DNA from: Candidatus Omnitrophota bacterium | GTDB lineage: Bacteria; Omnitrophota; Gorgyraeia; Zapsychrales; Fredricksoniimonadaceae | NCBI GenBank assembly: GCA_903908245.1 | Contig: CAIVRE010000020.1 | Coordinates: forward strand, 2,758 to 66,757 | Length of the DNA: 64,000 nt | Direction: 5' to 3' | In this document: one piece after another, positions 39,306-49,673 of the stretch | Layout: the number at the start of each line of letters is the position of its first letter | Position numbering within the stretch: position 1 is the first letter of the stretch | The notes under the pieces: model-generated | Databases searched by the model: none | What the model was told of the DNA's origin: nothing | Seen by the model: the letters and a program-made list of their open reading frames with translations, nothing else | Translations under genes and position numbers: made by a program

Positions 39306-40595
39306 TCATCCCTTCATTAAAGCTTTACGGATCAGCGGATGGCTGACCGTTGAAAGCACATCATCCATAAAACCACGCACAAGCATGCCCACCGAATCTT
39401 CCCGCCCGACAGCACGGGTCTGCAGATAGAACAACTGCTCTTCGTCAAGCTGACTGATAGTCGCACCGTGGGTACACTTGACATCATCCGCCATGATCTC
39501 CAGCTGAGGCTTGGTATCAACACGGCATTCACGGCTTAAAAGCAGGTTCTTGTTAAGCTGATATGAACTTGTTTTCTGCGCATCCCGACGGACAAAGACC
39601 CTGCCATTAAAAACGGAATGCGCCGCATCATATAAAATGCATTTATACAACTGATCGCTCTTTGTATCCGGCGCAAGATGCTCAAGGAATGTATGGCTGT
39701 CCGCGTGCGCTTCGGCATGAAGATCGTGCAGGCCATTGATCTGCGCCGAAGCTCCTGCACCCTCAAGCATGACACTGATATTACTGCGGAATATCCCGGC
39801 GCCGGTCGTTGACATCATGGACTTGAACGAGCTGTCGCTTTTCTGCCATACCCGCACCGCACCGATATACGATGATCCAACGGACTGGAGGTGGCGTTCG
39901 CCGTATTCCAACCCGCCCCCTGCCTCAAGGACGATATCTGTCACCGGGACATTCAACTGCGGCCCCCCCGTCAATGATGACAGGGACAAGTAAGACTGAA
40001 GAACATTCAATGCAGCCCCCTGGCCGACACGGATGAAAATACGGGGAAAAACAACAACTCCCGGCGATGTAACAACATTAAGGATATGAACAAGGCCTTG
40101 CGCTGTCGTCCCCGGCTTAACAAGAATTGCCAGCGGATCTTGCAAGAACTGACGGTTCAACCGGCAGAAAAGTTCCGCATCATTACGGGTCACCGCGCTG
40201 AAATACTGCCGGCCGTCCTTAAACACATCATAAGCGGCACCCCCGGATAACAGAGTGACCCCTGCGAAGCCCTCCGCCGGCAAAGAAGACACCTCGCCGG
40301 CATAATGACCATTGAGGACCAGGACATTGCGCGCGCCATCGATCAGAAAAGGTTTCAATTGCTCCGGGATAACCCCGTCAAGACGCTCCACCAGATCAAA
40401 AGACCGGCGCCAGAGTGAAGTCAACGGCGTATATTTCCATTCTTCATCCCTGAACGACGGCAACTCAAAGGAATCCAGCCAGCACGCATCGATCCGACGG
40501 GCCTCCTTAAGCCACAACGGAATGTCCTCAAAAGCCCCGGACTCAGAGGCCTTGAACGACGCTAAGAATGGCGTGGACGCAAGCAACTGTGTCAT
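39306..40595 (-). CDS. sufD: Fe-S cluster assembly protein SufD.
   Basis: 429 aa. It sits between sufC and sufS and has SufB/SufD-family C-terminal beta-helix similarity. Confidence 0.7.
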   Translation of the reverse strand: MTQLLASTPFLASFKASESGAFEDIPLWLKEARRIDACWLDSFELPSFRDEEWKYTPLTSLWRRSFDLVERLDGVIPEQLKPFLIDGARNVLVLNGHYAGEVSSLPAEGFAGVTLLSGGAAYDVFKDGRQYFSAVTRNDAELFCRLNRQFLQDPLAILVKPGTTAQGLVHILNVVTSPGVVVFPRIFIRVGQGAALNVLQSYLSLSSLTGGPQLNVPVTDIVLEAGGGLEYGERHLQSVGSSYIGAVRVWQKSDSSFKSMMSTTGAGIFRSNISVMLEGAGASAQINGLHDLHAEAHADSHTFLEHLAPDTKSDQLYKCILYDAAHSVFNGRVFVRRDAQKTSSYQLNKNLLLSRECRVDTKPQLEIMADDVKCTHGATISQLDEEQLFYLQTRAVGREDSVGMLVRGFMDDVLSTVSHPLIRKALMKG

Positions 40596-41344
40596 TTTAC
40601 CAACCAGTCATATCCCCTGTTCTCAACCTCAAGCGCCAGCTCCGGCCCGCCGGACTTGATAATGCGGCCCTTTAAAAGCACATGCACAAAATCCGGCTTA
40701 ATGTAATTAAGCAACCGCTGATAATGTGTAATAACGATCATGGCGTTCGTCTTGTTCCGGAGCTTGTTCACACCGGAAGAGACGATCTTCATCGAATCGA
40801 CATCCAGCCCCGAGTCGGTCTCGTCAAGCACCGCCAGGCGCGGATTAAGGACCGCCATCTGAAGGATCTCGTTGCGCTTTTTCTCACCGCCGGAAAAATC
40901 CACATTGACCGCACGATCGATGAACTTGTCATCCATATCGAGGGCCTTCATCTTTTCATGAAGAAAAACATCAAAGTCCATAGGGTCCATTTCCTCCACG
41001 CCATGATGACGACAGACCGCATTGTACGCCGCGCGAAGGAACATGGACGTCGGAACGCCCGGGACTTCCACCGGATACTGAAAAGCCAGGAACACGCCCT
41101 CCTTGGCACGCACATCAGGCTCAAGGCCAAGCAGATCAAAACTCCTGCCACCCGGATCATATTCGACTGAACCGCTATCCACCGTATACTGCGGATTTCC
41201 CGCCAGGATCTTGGAAAGCGTGCTTTTCCCGGATCCGTTCGGCCCCATGATCGCATGCACCTCGCCGGGATTGACCTGCAACGTCAACCCTTTGAGTATC
41301 TGGGTGCCTTCAACACTCGCGAAAAGGTCCTTGATCTTTAACAT
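40592..41344 (-). CDS. sufC: Fe-S cluster assembly ATPase SufC. The start is MLKIKDL.
   Basis: GPNGSGKSTL Walker A motif and LSGGEKKR ABC signature. Confidence 0.9.
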   Translation of the reverse strand: MLKIKDLFASVEGTQILKGLTLQVNPGEVHAIMGPNGSGKSTLSKILAGNPQYTVDSGSVEYDPGGRSFDLLGLEPDVRAKEGVFLAFQYPVEVPGVPTSMFLRAAYNAVCRHHGVEEMDPMDFDVFLHEKMKALDMDDKFIDRAVNVDFSGGEKKRNEILQMAVLNPRLAVLDETDSGLDVDSMKIVSSGVNKLRNKTNAMIVITHYQRLLNYIKPDFVHVLLKGRIIKSGGPELALEVENRGYDWLVK

Positions 41345-41345
41345 A

Positions 41346-42797
41346 TCAGCCCACACTTCCTTCCAGCTTCATTTCCAGTAATTTTACCGCTTCAACCGCA
41401 AATTCCAACGGTAAAGTCTTAAAGACCTCCTTGCAAAAACCGTTGATCACAAGAGATATCGCTTCTTCCTTCTCCAACCCGCGCGACTGAAGGTAAAAGA
41501 TCTGGTCCGCGCTGATCCGGGACGTCGTCGCTTCATGTTCGGTAGTAGCGGAATTGTTCTCAACCTCGATATACGGGAATGTGTTGGCCGAACAATTATT
41601 ACCGATCAGCATGGAATCGCACTGCGAGAAATTCCTGGCATTGTCCGCAGAAGGCAATATTTTGACCAATCCACGATAACTGTTATGTGCGTAGTCGGAC
41701 GATATGCCCTTGGATATGATCGTACTTGTCGTATTCTTCCCGATGTGGATCATCTTGGTGCCGGTATCTGCAAGCATCCTGTTGTTTGTGAGTGCCACAG
41801 AATAAAACTCACCGACAGAATTATCCCCCTGCAAAATACAGCTGGGATATTTCCAGGTAATGGCACTGCCCGCTTCAACCTGCGTCCAGGAGATCCTGGA
41901 GTTGCGACCCGCACATTTGCCGCGCTTGGTAACAAAGTTGTAGATCCCGCCGCGGCCTTCCTTGTCACCGGCATACCAGTTCTGCACCGTTGAGTATTTG
42001 ATCTCGGCATCATCAAGGGCTATAAGCTCGACCACGGCGGCATGAAGCTGGTTCTCATCACGGACAGGCGCCGTACAACCTTCCAGATAACTCACGTAAG
42101 CCCCTTTATCCGCCACAATAAGCGTTCGTTCAAACTGCCCGGTCTCTTTGGCATTGATCCGGAAATACGTTGAAAGCTCAACAGGACAGCGCACTCCCGG
42201 CGGGATATAACAGAACGAACCATCCGTGAACACCGCGGAATTAAGTGACGCAAAGAAATTGTCCTGATACGGGACAACAGTGCCGATATACTTAGCAACC
42301 AGGTCAGGATGTTTCTGCAGGGCTTCCGAGATCGGACAAAAGATAATGCCCATTTTCTCAAGCTCCGCCTGATGGGTCGTCCCGACCGAAACACTGTCGA
42401 AGACCGCGTCGACCGCCACACCCGTCAGTCGCTTTTGCTCACTAAGCGGAATACCCAGTTTTTCGAAGGTCTTGACCACTTCCGCATCGACCTCGGCCAG
42501 GCTCGCCGGCCCATCCCCCTTCTTTCTGGGCGCGGAATAATAACGGATATCCTGATAGTCGATCGGACGATACTCAAAATTCGGCCAATGCGGCTCTTTC
42601 ATGCCCTGCCAATGGCGAAAAGCTTTCAAACGCCACTCGAGCATGAACGGCGGTTCGCCTTTTTTCAATGAGATAAGGCGGACCACATCCTCGTTAAGCC
42701 CCTTGGGAATGGTATCGGAGTCAACCTCGGACGAAAACCCGTATTTATAATCGCCGGTCAACTTGTTATCACTGGGATATTCACTCGCGTCTTTCAT
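41346..42797 (-). CDS. sufB: Fe-S cluster assembly protein SufB.
   Basis: 483 aa. Full-length SufB similarity. Confidence 0.9.
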   Translation of the reverse strand: MKDASEYPSDNKLTGDYKYGFSSEVDSDTIPKGLNEDVVRLISLKKGEPPFMLEWRLKAFRHWQGMKEPHWPNFEYRPIDYQDIRYYSAPRKKGDGPASLAEVDAEVVKTFEKLGIPLSEQKRLTGVAVDAVFDSVSVGTTHQAELEKMGIIFCPISEALQKHPDLVAKYIGTVVPYQDNFFASLNSAVFTDGSFCYIPPGVRCPVELSTYFRINAKETGQFERTLIVADKGAYVSYLEGCTAPVRDENQLHAAVVELIALDDAEIKYSTVQNWYAGDKEGRGGIYNFVTKRGKCAGRNSRISWTQVEAGSAITWKYPSCILQGDNSVGEFYSVALTNNRMLADTGTKMIHIGKNTTSTIISKGISSDYAHNSYRGLVKILPSADNARNFSQCDSMLIGNNCSANTFPYIEVENNSATTEHEATTSRISADQIFYLQSRGLEKEEAISLVINGFCKEVFKTLPLEFAVEAVKLLEMKLEGSVG

Positions 42798-43195
42798 CCA
42801 ACCATCTCACTGACATTGATCTCTTTGAACATCTTGACCAACCTGGCGTTAAGCCGGGCCATCCCCTCTTTTAACACACAGGCATCAAGCCTGTCGCATT
42901 GGGAATCATCAGACGTACAATCACTGACAGATATGGACCCGACAACCATACGGCTGAGTTCATAAACCGAAACTTTACCAAGATCCCCTGTCAGGCGATA
43001 TCCTCCGTACGCGCCTTGAACAGCCATAAGGATCCCATTCTGGGCCATGACCTGCAGGACCCTGGACGTAGGATCGAACGGGATATTGAACACAGAACAG
43101 ATCTCTTTAGCCGTCGAAAGTTCCCTGGACGGCTTTTTCTTCATATACTTGAGCGCCGTTAAAGCATATTTGACTTTTTTATGGATCTTGAACAT
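42794..43195 (-). CDS. Rrf2-family transcriptional regulator (IscR/SufR-like). The start is the internal Met MFKIHKK.
   Basis: [12 protein letters not shown]...ELSTAKEI and a three-cysteine cluster. It lies directly upstream of sufB. Confidence 0.7.
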   Translation of the reverse strand: MFKIHKKVKYALTALKYMKKKPSRELSTAKEICSVFNIPFDPTSRVLQVMAQNGILMAVQGAYGGYRLTGDLGKVSVYELSRMVVGSISVSDCTSDDSQCDRLDACVLKEGMARLNARLVKMFKEINVSEMVG

Positions 43196-43199
43196 GACC

Positions 43200-43754
43200 T
43201 TATCCCATTTCAACGACGATTTCAGGGTCATACTGATCCCGTAAAACATTCTGAATGGCATAAAGGGTCCCCATTGCCGCATGTGGACAACAGCCGCAAG
43301 CCCCCTGGTAATTAATGGTAAGCACCTTCCCGTCAAGGCTGACAACCTGAAGATCCCCTCCGTCACGCTGTAACGCCGGGCGGATATTCACATCCAGGAT
43401 CTGCTCGATCCTTCCCAATTCCCCGCCGGGGCCAAAAGCCGGTTTCAAGGCGACTGCTGTATCAAAATCGGGGTCATGCGCTGCAATATTCGCCGCGATC
43501 ACATCCTTCACCTTTAATTCAAGCACATCCCAGTCTGCCTTTCCATCCTGGGTAACCGTAATAAAATGACTCGCGAAATACACTTCCGTCACATTCGGCA
43601 GCTTTAAAATAGCCGCGGCCAAAATATTCTTGCCCATATCTGCGCCGGACTTGTAAACAGCACTGTCCTTGCTCTTGACAACGGCATTAAGAACGAACTT
43701 GAACGCATTAGGATTTGGCGTTGGCTGGACCGTGATCTTATGGTTCATATTCAT
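43200..43754 (-). CDS. Nfu-type Fe-S scaffold, with an Nfu_N domain and a NifU C-terminal domain.
   Basis: C-terminal GACGCCPHA CxxC motif. AAGGAG sits just 5' of ATGAATATG. Confidence 0.7.
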   Translation of the reverse strand: MNMNHKITVQPTPNPNAFKFVLNAVVKSKDSAVYKSGADMGKNILAAAILKLPNVTEVYFASHFITVTQDGKADWDVLELKVKDVIAANIAAHDPDFDTAVALKPAFGPGGELGRIEQILDVNIRPALQRDGGDLQVVSLDGKVLTINYQGACGCCPHAAMGTLYAIQNVLRDQYDPEIVVEMG

Positions 43755-43886
43755 CTCCTTGTTCGATGTTGATATAACTAAGTCAATATATAACTTATTT
43801 AGAAAAAAGTCAACAAATGAAATCCGGGGCGCCTTGAATTGTCCTGGGACATTCAATACACCCCGGCTTTGGAAGATCTTTCCTGG
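43755..43886 (-). promoter_or_regulatory. Upstream region of the nfu-rrf2-suf operon. It contains AGTTATAT direct repeats and a TTGACT box, and is a candidate promoter/operator.
   Basis: Minus-strand ATAAGTTATATATTGACTTAGTTATATCAACATCG lies immediately upstream of the RBS. Confidence 0.3.
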
Positions 43887-44285
43887 TTATTTTACTGGGA
43901 CCAATTCCCCTTTTTCATCGTAGCGCATATGGGCCGTACGGGCGCCATCTTTATACTCGTCACGATAAATGATCGTGCCTTTCTGATCATGGATCTTGAC
44001 AGTGCCATTAAGAAGGCCCTGCGAATATTCCGCCTTCATCTGGATCTTTGCATTAGGATAATACTTCTTCAAAACGCCCTCGAACTTCCCATCCTTGCAA
44101 TGCGCCTTGACATTAAGGCTCCCGCCGGGATAAAACGTCTTCTGATCGAGCTCACCACTTGTCCCCTTACAGAGGTCCTCAACCGCGAGGTCCCCTTTGC
44201 CCGCCTCAAGAGCCGGCAATTCCTGGGCGAAAACGGCAGTACCTGCGAGAACAAAACCCACGAATAAAATACCTATCTTTTTCAT
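43887..44285 (-). CDS. Secreted MORN-repeat protein.
   Basis: Start MKKIGILF sits after a GGAGG RBS. A signal peptide is followed by repeated YxxGxxxG-type motifs. Confidence 0.5.
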   Translation of the reverse strand: MKKIGILFVGFVLAGTAVFAQELPALEAGKGDLAVEDLCKGTSGELDQKTFYPGGSLNVKAHCKDGKFEGVLKKYYPNAKIQMKAEYSQGLLNGTVKIHDQKGTIIYRDEYKDGARTAHMRYDEKGELVPVK

Positions 44286-44310
44286 AAAACCTCCGATAAT
44301 GGTTGGTGTA

Positions 44311-45507
44311 TCATTTATTAATATATTCACGCCAGACAAACTGCGCAAACGGAAAAGCACAGGTAAAAGCAGGCGATACGGCATTAAGGACATGGACCGA
44401 ATCCTTATCAGCCTCGATAACAAAATCCTGGACCAGCAACGATGTCGTCTTGTCCAATAACTGGGCACGGATACCAGGACGGGTAAATTCACCGAAACCC
44501 TTCGGGTCCACCGGGACCATCTTCACCGCCAGGCTGATGAAATGATCCTTGTTATACTTTGCCATCTCCTCGAATGCCAGGTCGCGAAAGCCAAACGCAT
44601 TCGTCGCAAAGAGCTTGGCCTCATAACAACCGGCTTCAAGCATTTCTCCCAAATTGAACCCCTCACGCAAAGTGTAGTTCTCGCGCCAGAACGCGGGGAT
44701 CGCCGTAGGCCCGATCTTGATCGTTCCATCGACTGTCTTGGTGTAATGCACCCCCAGGAAAGGATTCTTCAAATTCGGCACCGGATAAATATTCATCCGG
44801 ACATCCGTTTTATTCTTGGCATATTTCAAATACAGGCCCTTGAAAGGGATCATCGTGTACTTTTTGCCGAACCCGAAATCCTGGGCGACCTTGTCCGCAT
44901 AAAGCCCGGCACAGTTGATCACTTTACCCGCTTGAGCGTCCCCTTTGCTGGTCCGCACCACATTGCCGTGATGGCTCAAAAACCTGGCATTGAACCAGAT
45001 CTGCACACCCTGCGCCATAAGGTCTTTCTTTAAGACCGCCAGGACCTCTTTCGGATCCAGACTGGCCGTCTCGGGGGAATAAAGGGCTTTCTTATACGTA
45101 AAAACAGAAGGCTCCATCTCTTTCGCCTGCGCGGAATCGATCAAACGGATATTGGACCCGTTACGTATCCCGCGACGCTCCAACTCATACAACTGTTCAA
45201 GCTCCCTGTCATCCATCGCCACCACCAGCTTGCCGCAATCATTGAAAGCAATGCCTTTCTGACGGCAATAATCTTTCATCATACGGTTGCCATCAACGGT
45301 AAACCGCGCCTTCAGGCTGTTGGCCGTATAATAGAACCCGCCGTGCAGCACCCCGCTATTGCGGCCGGATGAATGCGCGCCAATATCCGCTTCCTTCTCA
45401 AGAATAAGGACAGAGGCTGAAGGCTTTTCTTCTTTGATAGTTTTGGCGATAGAAAGGCCGATGATCCCGGCCCCGATAATGACAAAATCGAATCTATTCT
45501 GTTCCAT
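44311..45507 (-). CDS. lhgO: FAD-dependent L-2-hydroxyglutarate oxidase-like oxidoreductase.
   Basis: FVIIGAGIIGLSIA FAD motif. 398 aa. Confidence 0.7.
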   Translation of the reverse strand: MEQNRFDFVIIGAGIIGLSIAKTIKEEKPSASVLILEKEADIGAHSSGRNSGVLHGGFYYTANSLKARFTVDGNRMMKDYCRQKGIAFNDCGKLVVAMDDRELEQLYELERRGIRNGSNIRLIDSAQAKEMEPSVFTYKKALYSPETASLDPKEVLAVLKKDLMAQGVQIWFNARFLSHHGNVVRTSKGDAQAGKVINCAGLYADKVAQDFGFGKKYTMIPFKGLYLKYAKNKTDVRMNIYPVPNLKNPFLGVHYTKTVDGTIKIGPTAIPAFWRENYTLREGFNLGEMLEAGCYEAKLFATNAFGFRDLAFEEMAKYNKDHFISLAVKMVPVDPKGFGEFTRPGIRAQLLDKTTSLLVQDFVIEADKDSVHVLNAVSPAFTCAFPFAQFVWREYINK

Positions 45508-45523
45508 CTTTTCCTTTTAATAA

Positions 45524-46108
45524 TTACGCATGACGCAGCACAAAAATGCCGCTGTCCGCAAGCAGATTAGTGCATGCAAAGACTTCCCGACCATTGGCAA
45601 GATACCGCGCCCGCTCAATGGTAATCCCCTTATCCGAGCAAAAATGACGAAAATCCCTCAAACTCAAAAAACGCAAATTCGGCGTGTTATACCATTTGAA
45701 CGGCAAGCGCCTGGTCACAGGCATCTCTCCCAGAAAGAACACCTGAAGACGGGCCTTCCACTGACAGAAATTCGGCACACCGACAATGACCCTTTTACCC
45801 ACCCTGAGAGCCTCATCAAGAGCCTGCTCAATGTTCAAGACCTGCTGAAGGCTTTCATTGAGGATCACAAAATCGAACCGTTTATCGTCGTAAACGCCAA
45901 GGTCGCCGTTAATATTCCCCTGCGCCACCGAAACACCGCGCTCCAGGCACTTGACGACCGCCTTGTTATCGATCTCAATACCCGTCCCGCGGCAGCCTTT
46001 CTTTTCTTTCAGTAACGCCAGAAGGTCGCCGTCACCACAACCGAGGTCAAGGACCTTGGATCCGGGCTCAATAATATCAGCGATAATCGTGTAATCGATC
46101 GGGATCAT
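45524..46108 (-). CDS. metW: Methionine biosynthesis protein MetW.
   Basis: VLDLGCGDGDLL methyltransferase-like motif. It lies downstream of metX with a 4-nt overlap. Confidence 0.8.
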   Translation of the reverse strand: MIPIDYTIIADIIEPGSKVLDLGCGDGDLLALLKEKKGCRGTGIEIDNKAVVKCLERGVSVAQGNINGDLGVYDDKRFDFVILNESLQQVLNIEQALDEALRVGKRVIVGVPNFCQWKARLQVFFLGEMPVTRRLPFKWYNTPNLRFLSLRDFRHFCSDKGITIERARYLANGREVFACTNLLADSGIFVLRHA

Positions 46109-47229
46109 GACACTCGCTCTTTATAAACTTTTGCCAGATAATTTGAAACAGCCTTCGCCTGCTCCTCCATCTCAACCAGGAAGGCATCATGTCCATAATC
46201 GGATGAAAGTTCCACATAGGAGACGTCAACATCATTCGCCTTTAATGCCCTGAGCATGGCCTGCGACTGATAAGACGGATACAGCCAGTCGGATGTAAAG
46301 CTGATGATCAGGATATCCGCAGTCACAACGCTCAAGACCTCGCTTAGTTTACGCCCGTTTTCCGTAAGGTCGAAATAGTCCATGGCTTTCGTAAGATACA
46401 CATAACTGTTCGCGTCGAAACGCTCCACAAAACTCTGCCCGCGATACTCCAGATAACCCTCGACCTCAAACTCCTTGGAAAAATTGTACCCCAGCACATC
46501 TTTCTTTACAAGTTTACGGCCGAATTTCTGCTCCATCGACGATTCACTCATATACGTGATATGCCCGATCATTCGCGCCACGGCAAGCCCGCGCTTGGGC
46601 GTAGTCTTGCCGTAATAATCCCCTCCCTGCCAATCCGGGTCGGCCATGACCGCCTGACGGCCAACCTCATGGAACGCGATCTGCTGGGCTGTATGACGAT
46701 GACACGCGGCAATAATAACCGCCGAATGGATCGCCTGGGGATACATCACCGCCCAGGCAGCAGCCTGCATCCCGCCCATCGACCCGCCAGCCACACTCAA
46801 CAGCGTCTTGATCCCTAAATGATCAATAAGCGATTTCTGCACCGTCACCATATCAGGGATCGTAATAACCGGAAAGGACAGCCCGAACGGCTTGCCGGTC
46901 TTCGGATCAATGGATGCCGGCCCTGTCGTCCCCCGGCAACTTCCAAGGACATTCGAACAAATAATGAAATATTTCTCCGTGTCAAAAGGCCGGCCCGAAC
47001 CGATCATTTCATCCCACCAACCGGGCTTATCATCGCCTTTATGATAGAACGCGGCATGCGCATCACCGGTAAAAGCATGCACGATCAAGATCGCGTTAGA
47101 CTTATCCGCGTTAAGTTTCCCGTAAGTCTCGTAAGCGATGGTAATGGGGCCAAGACGTGCGCCGCTGCGCAAGGCAAGCTCATTAGGGGGATTGGCAACC
47201 GTAATATATTGAGTTTCAACAATGGTCAT
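46105..47229 (-). CDS. metX: Homoserine O-acetyltransferase. The start is MTIVETQ.
   Basis: IVHAFTGDAHAA and SMGGMQA (catalytic Ser) motifs. Confidence 0.85.
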   Translation of the reverse strand: MTIVETQYITVANPPNELALRSGARLGPITIAYETYGKLNADKSNAILIVHAFTGDAHAAFYHKGDDKPGWWDEMIGSGRPFDTEKYFIICSNVLGSCRGTTGPASIDPKTGKPFGLSFPVITIPDMVTVQKSLIDHLGIKTLLSVAGGSMGGMQAAAWAVMYPQAIHSAVIIAACHRHTAQQIAFHEVGRQAVMADPDWQGGDYYGKTTPKRGLAVARMIGHITYMSESSMEQKFGRKLVKKDVLGYNFSKEFEVEGYLEYRGQSFVERFDANSYVYLTKAMDYFDLTENGRKLSEVLSVVTADILIISFTSDWLYPSYQSQAMLRALKANDVDVSYVELSSDYGHDAFLVEMEEQAKAVSNYLAKVYKERVS

Positions 47230-47233
47230 TTTC

Positions 47234-48280
47234 TTATTCACACAAAGGCTGAACAACGCCAGTCTTCGCACCCTGCGCATACTGGAACATCGCCTGCAAT
47301 GACTTCAATGCCTTGAGCCGAGCAGGCTCTTCAATCGTCACGATCTGCCCCTGACGCGGAGCCTTTAAAGCCTGGAGGACATCTTCCAATAAATTCGATT
47401 TCATATACTTACACAAGGTGCAACTTCCGACAAGGTCTTTATCGGGAAATTCAGCCTGCAAACGGGAGGAAAGCCCGCACTCCGTCAGCATCAGGAACTG
47501 TTTGGCCGGGCTTTTCCTCATGTAATCAAGCATCTGCTCGGTCCCTCCCACGAAATCGGAATTCGCCACCACCTGCGCGTTACATTCCGGATGGCTCACG
47601 ATCTTGGCGTCAGGATACTCCAGGCGGATCTTGAACACCTGCTCCTCGGTATATTCTTCATGCACATAGCAACTGCCCGACCAGAACCGCACCTGCTTTG
47701 AACTCTTGCGGCGTTTCATTTCATTGACCAGATTCAGGCCCATGAATTTATCAGGCAGGAAATAGATCTTGTCATTGGGAAGCCGCTCAACGATCGCATA
47801 GACATTCGCCGAAGTCACGCACACATCGCATTCGGCTTTAACATCAACACTGGTATTCACGTAGCAGATGAACGCATGATCCGGGAACTGTTGGCGCAAA
47901 CGGCGGACATCCTCCGCTGTAATGGAATCCGCCAGAGTACAGCCGGGATCACGGGCCGGGACAATGACCTGTTTCCCGGGATTAAGGATCTTGGCCGTTT
48001 CCCCCATAAATCGCACGGCAACAAAAACAATGACATCCGCCGAAGTATTAAGAACGTCACAACTAAGCTTATAAGAATCGCCTACAAAATCCGCCACCCC
48101 GTAAACGATCTCGGGAGTAACATACGAATGTGCCAGGATGACAGCGTTCTTTTCCTTCTTGAGACGCAGGATCTCGTTCACAACAGGTACCAGCTCCTCG
48201 CATTTCTTGAGCGAATACTGGCATACCTGCCCGCCGACACGAATATTCTTTAATTTGATATATAATTCCTGGGCTGTCAT
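47234..48280 (-). CDS. nadA: Quinolinate synthase A.
   Basis: 348 aa. Full-length NadA similarity with conserved Cys ligands. Confidence 0.85.
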   Translation of the reverse strand: MTAQELYIKLKNIRVGGQVCQYSLKKCEELVPVVNEILRLKKEKNAVILAHSYVTPEIVYGVADFVGDSYKLSCDVLNTSADVIVFVAVRFMGETAKILNPGKQVIVPARDPGCTLADSITAEDVRRLRQQFPDHAFICYVNTSVDVKAECDVCVTSANVYAIVERLPNDKIYFLPDKFMGLNLVNEMKRRKSSKQVRFWSGSCYVHEEYTEEQVFKIRLEYPDAKIVSHPECNAQVVANSDFVGGTEQMLDYMRKSPAKQFLMLTECGLSSRLQAEFPDKDLVGSCTLCKYMKSNLLEDVLQALKAPRQGQIVTIEEPARLKALKSLQAMFQYAQGAKTGVVQPLCE

Positions 48281-48314
48281 GATCGGGATACTATATATGA
48301 TTTTATTATTGAAT

Positions 48315-49673
48315 TCAAGGATGAAGCTCGCCCTTTAGCTGATGCGGAGTGGCACGGACAATGCGGGCATGAACGATCTGTCCGGGCGTAAATTCGCCGT
48401 TCGACAAGGTAACGATCTTGTTGGCATCATTACGCCCATAGGCGGCGCCGCTTTTTACCTTACCCGCCTGCTCCATCATGATCGCCTGAACCTGGCCAAC
48501 AAGCAATTGATTCTTCTTTAACGAAATATCCGTTTGCATCACGTTTAACCGTACAATACGCCCGGTCTTCTTGTCCTCCGGGACATCATCTTTAAGGTCC
48601 CGTGCAGCTTTAGTGTTGGGACGTACCGAATATTTAAACATGAACGCGGAATCAAACTCAACCTCGCGCATCACCCTGACCGTATCTTCAAACTCCGCAT
48701 CTGTCTCGGTAGGAAACCCGACAATAACATCCGTACTCAGAGTGATCGACGGGCAAGACTGACGGATCTTGCAGACCAGAGCAATAAATTCTTTCCCTGT
48801 ATATCCACGGCCCATCAACTCCAGGACCCGGTCATTGCCTGCCTGAAGCGGTAAATGGATCTGCTTGCAGATCTTGGGATCCTCCGCCATCACCCGGATA
48901 AGATCATCAGGAAAATCCTTGGGGTGAGGCGACGTGAAACGGATCCGCTTTATACCGTCAACCCTGGCAACAGCCTCAAGAAGCCGGGCAAAATTCTTGC
49001 CCTCATGATGATAGGAATTTACATTCTGCCCGAGTAAAGTGACCTGTTTGAACCCTTCTCCCGCAAGACGTTCAACCTCCGCAATAATATTCTCAACGGA
49101 ACGGCTGCGCTCCCGGCCTCTTGTAAAAGGAACAATACAAAAAGAACAGAAATTATTACACCCGCGCATGACCGCAACCCAGGCGTTAACTCCGTCGGTA
49201 CGGGTAGGATAAATATCCGCATAAGTCTCGAACTCGGAAAGGGTCACATCATAGCCCTGCTGATGCTCCTGCTCCAAAGCGCGCAAAATATGAGGCAACC
49301 GTTTGTAACTGTCCGGGCCTACCACAAAATCCAAAGCCAATTTCTTGTCTTCCAAAAGCTCTTTGCGTAACCCGGTAGCCATGCACCCGAGAATACCGAT
49401 CAAGACCGCCTTGCCCTGCCTGCGATGACGGATCTCGTGAATATTGCCGTAAACCTTGCGATGCGCATTCTCGCGCACGGAACAAGTGTTGAGCATCACA
49501 ATATCAGCCGCAAGTTCATCAGGCGTAAACTCATAGCCGGCATCGATCAGGATCGACTTGACCAGCTCGGAGTCGTATTCATTCATTTGACATCCGTACG
49601 TAACCAAAAGCACACTGAGTTTTCGCTTTCCGTTTCCGTCGGTGTTTTCTCTATTTCTCTCATTTGCATCCAT
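48315..49673 (-). CDS. miaB: tRNA methylthiotransferase MiaB (radical SAM enzyme). The 5' end overlaps the integrated element.
   Basis: TYGCQMNEYDSE N-terminal domain, radical-SAM CNNFCSFCIVP and a C-terminal TRAM domain. An alternative GTG start lies near 49613. Confidence 0.85.
   Translation of the reverse strand: MDANERNRENTDGNGKRKLSVLLVTYGCQMNEYDSELVKSILIDAGYEFTPDELAADIVMLNTCSVRENAHRKVYGNIHEIRHRRQGKAVLIGILGCMATGLRKELLEDKKLALDFVVGPDSYKRLPHILRALEQEHQQGYDVTLSEFETYADIYPTRTDGVNAWVAVMRGCNNFCSFCIVPFTRGRERSRSVENIIAEVERLAGEGFKQVTLLGQNVNSYHHEGKNFARLLEAVARVDGIKRIRFTSPHPKDFPDDLIRVMAEDPKICKQIHLPLQAGNDRVLELMGRGYTGKEFIALVCKIRQSCPSITLSTDVIVGFPTETDAEFEDTVRVMREVEFDSAFMFKYSVRPNTKAARDLKDDVPEDKKTGRIVRLNVMQTDISLKKNQLLVGQVQAIMMEQAGKVKSGAAYGRNDANKIVTLSNGEFTPGQIVHARIVRATPHQLKGELHP

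Noticed and set aside
43755-43886. IscR type-1 or type-2 binding site upstream of nfu.
   Set aside because: Only a partial resemblance (ATATTGACTTAG...) to the IscR consensus. It is reported as a low-confidence operator candidate, not called as an IscR box.
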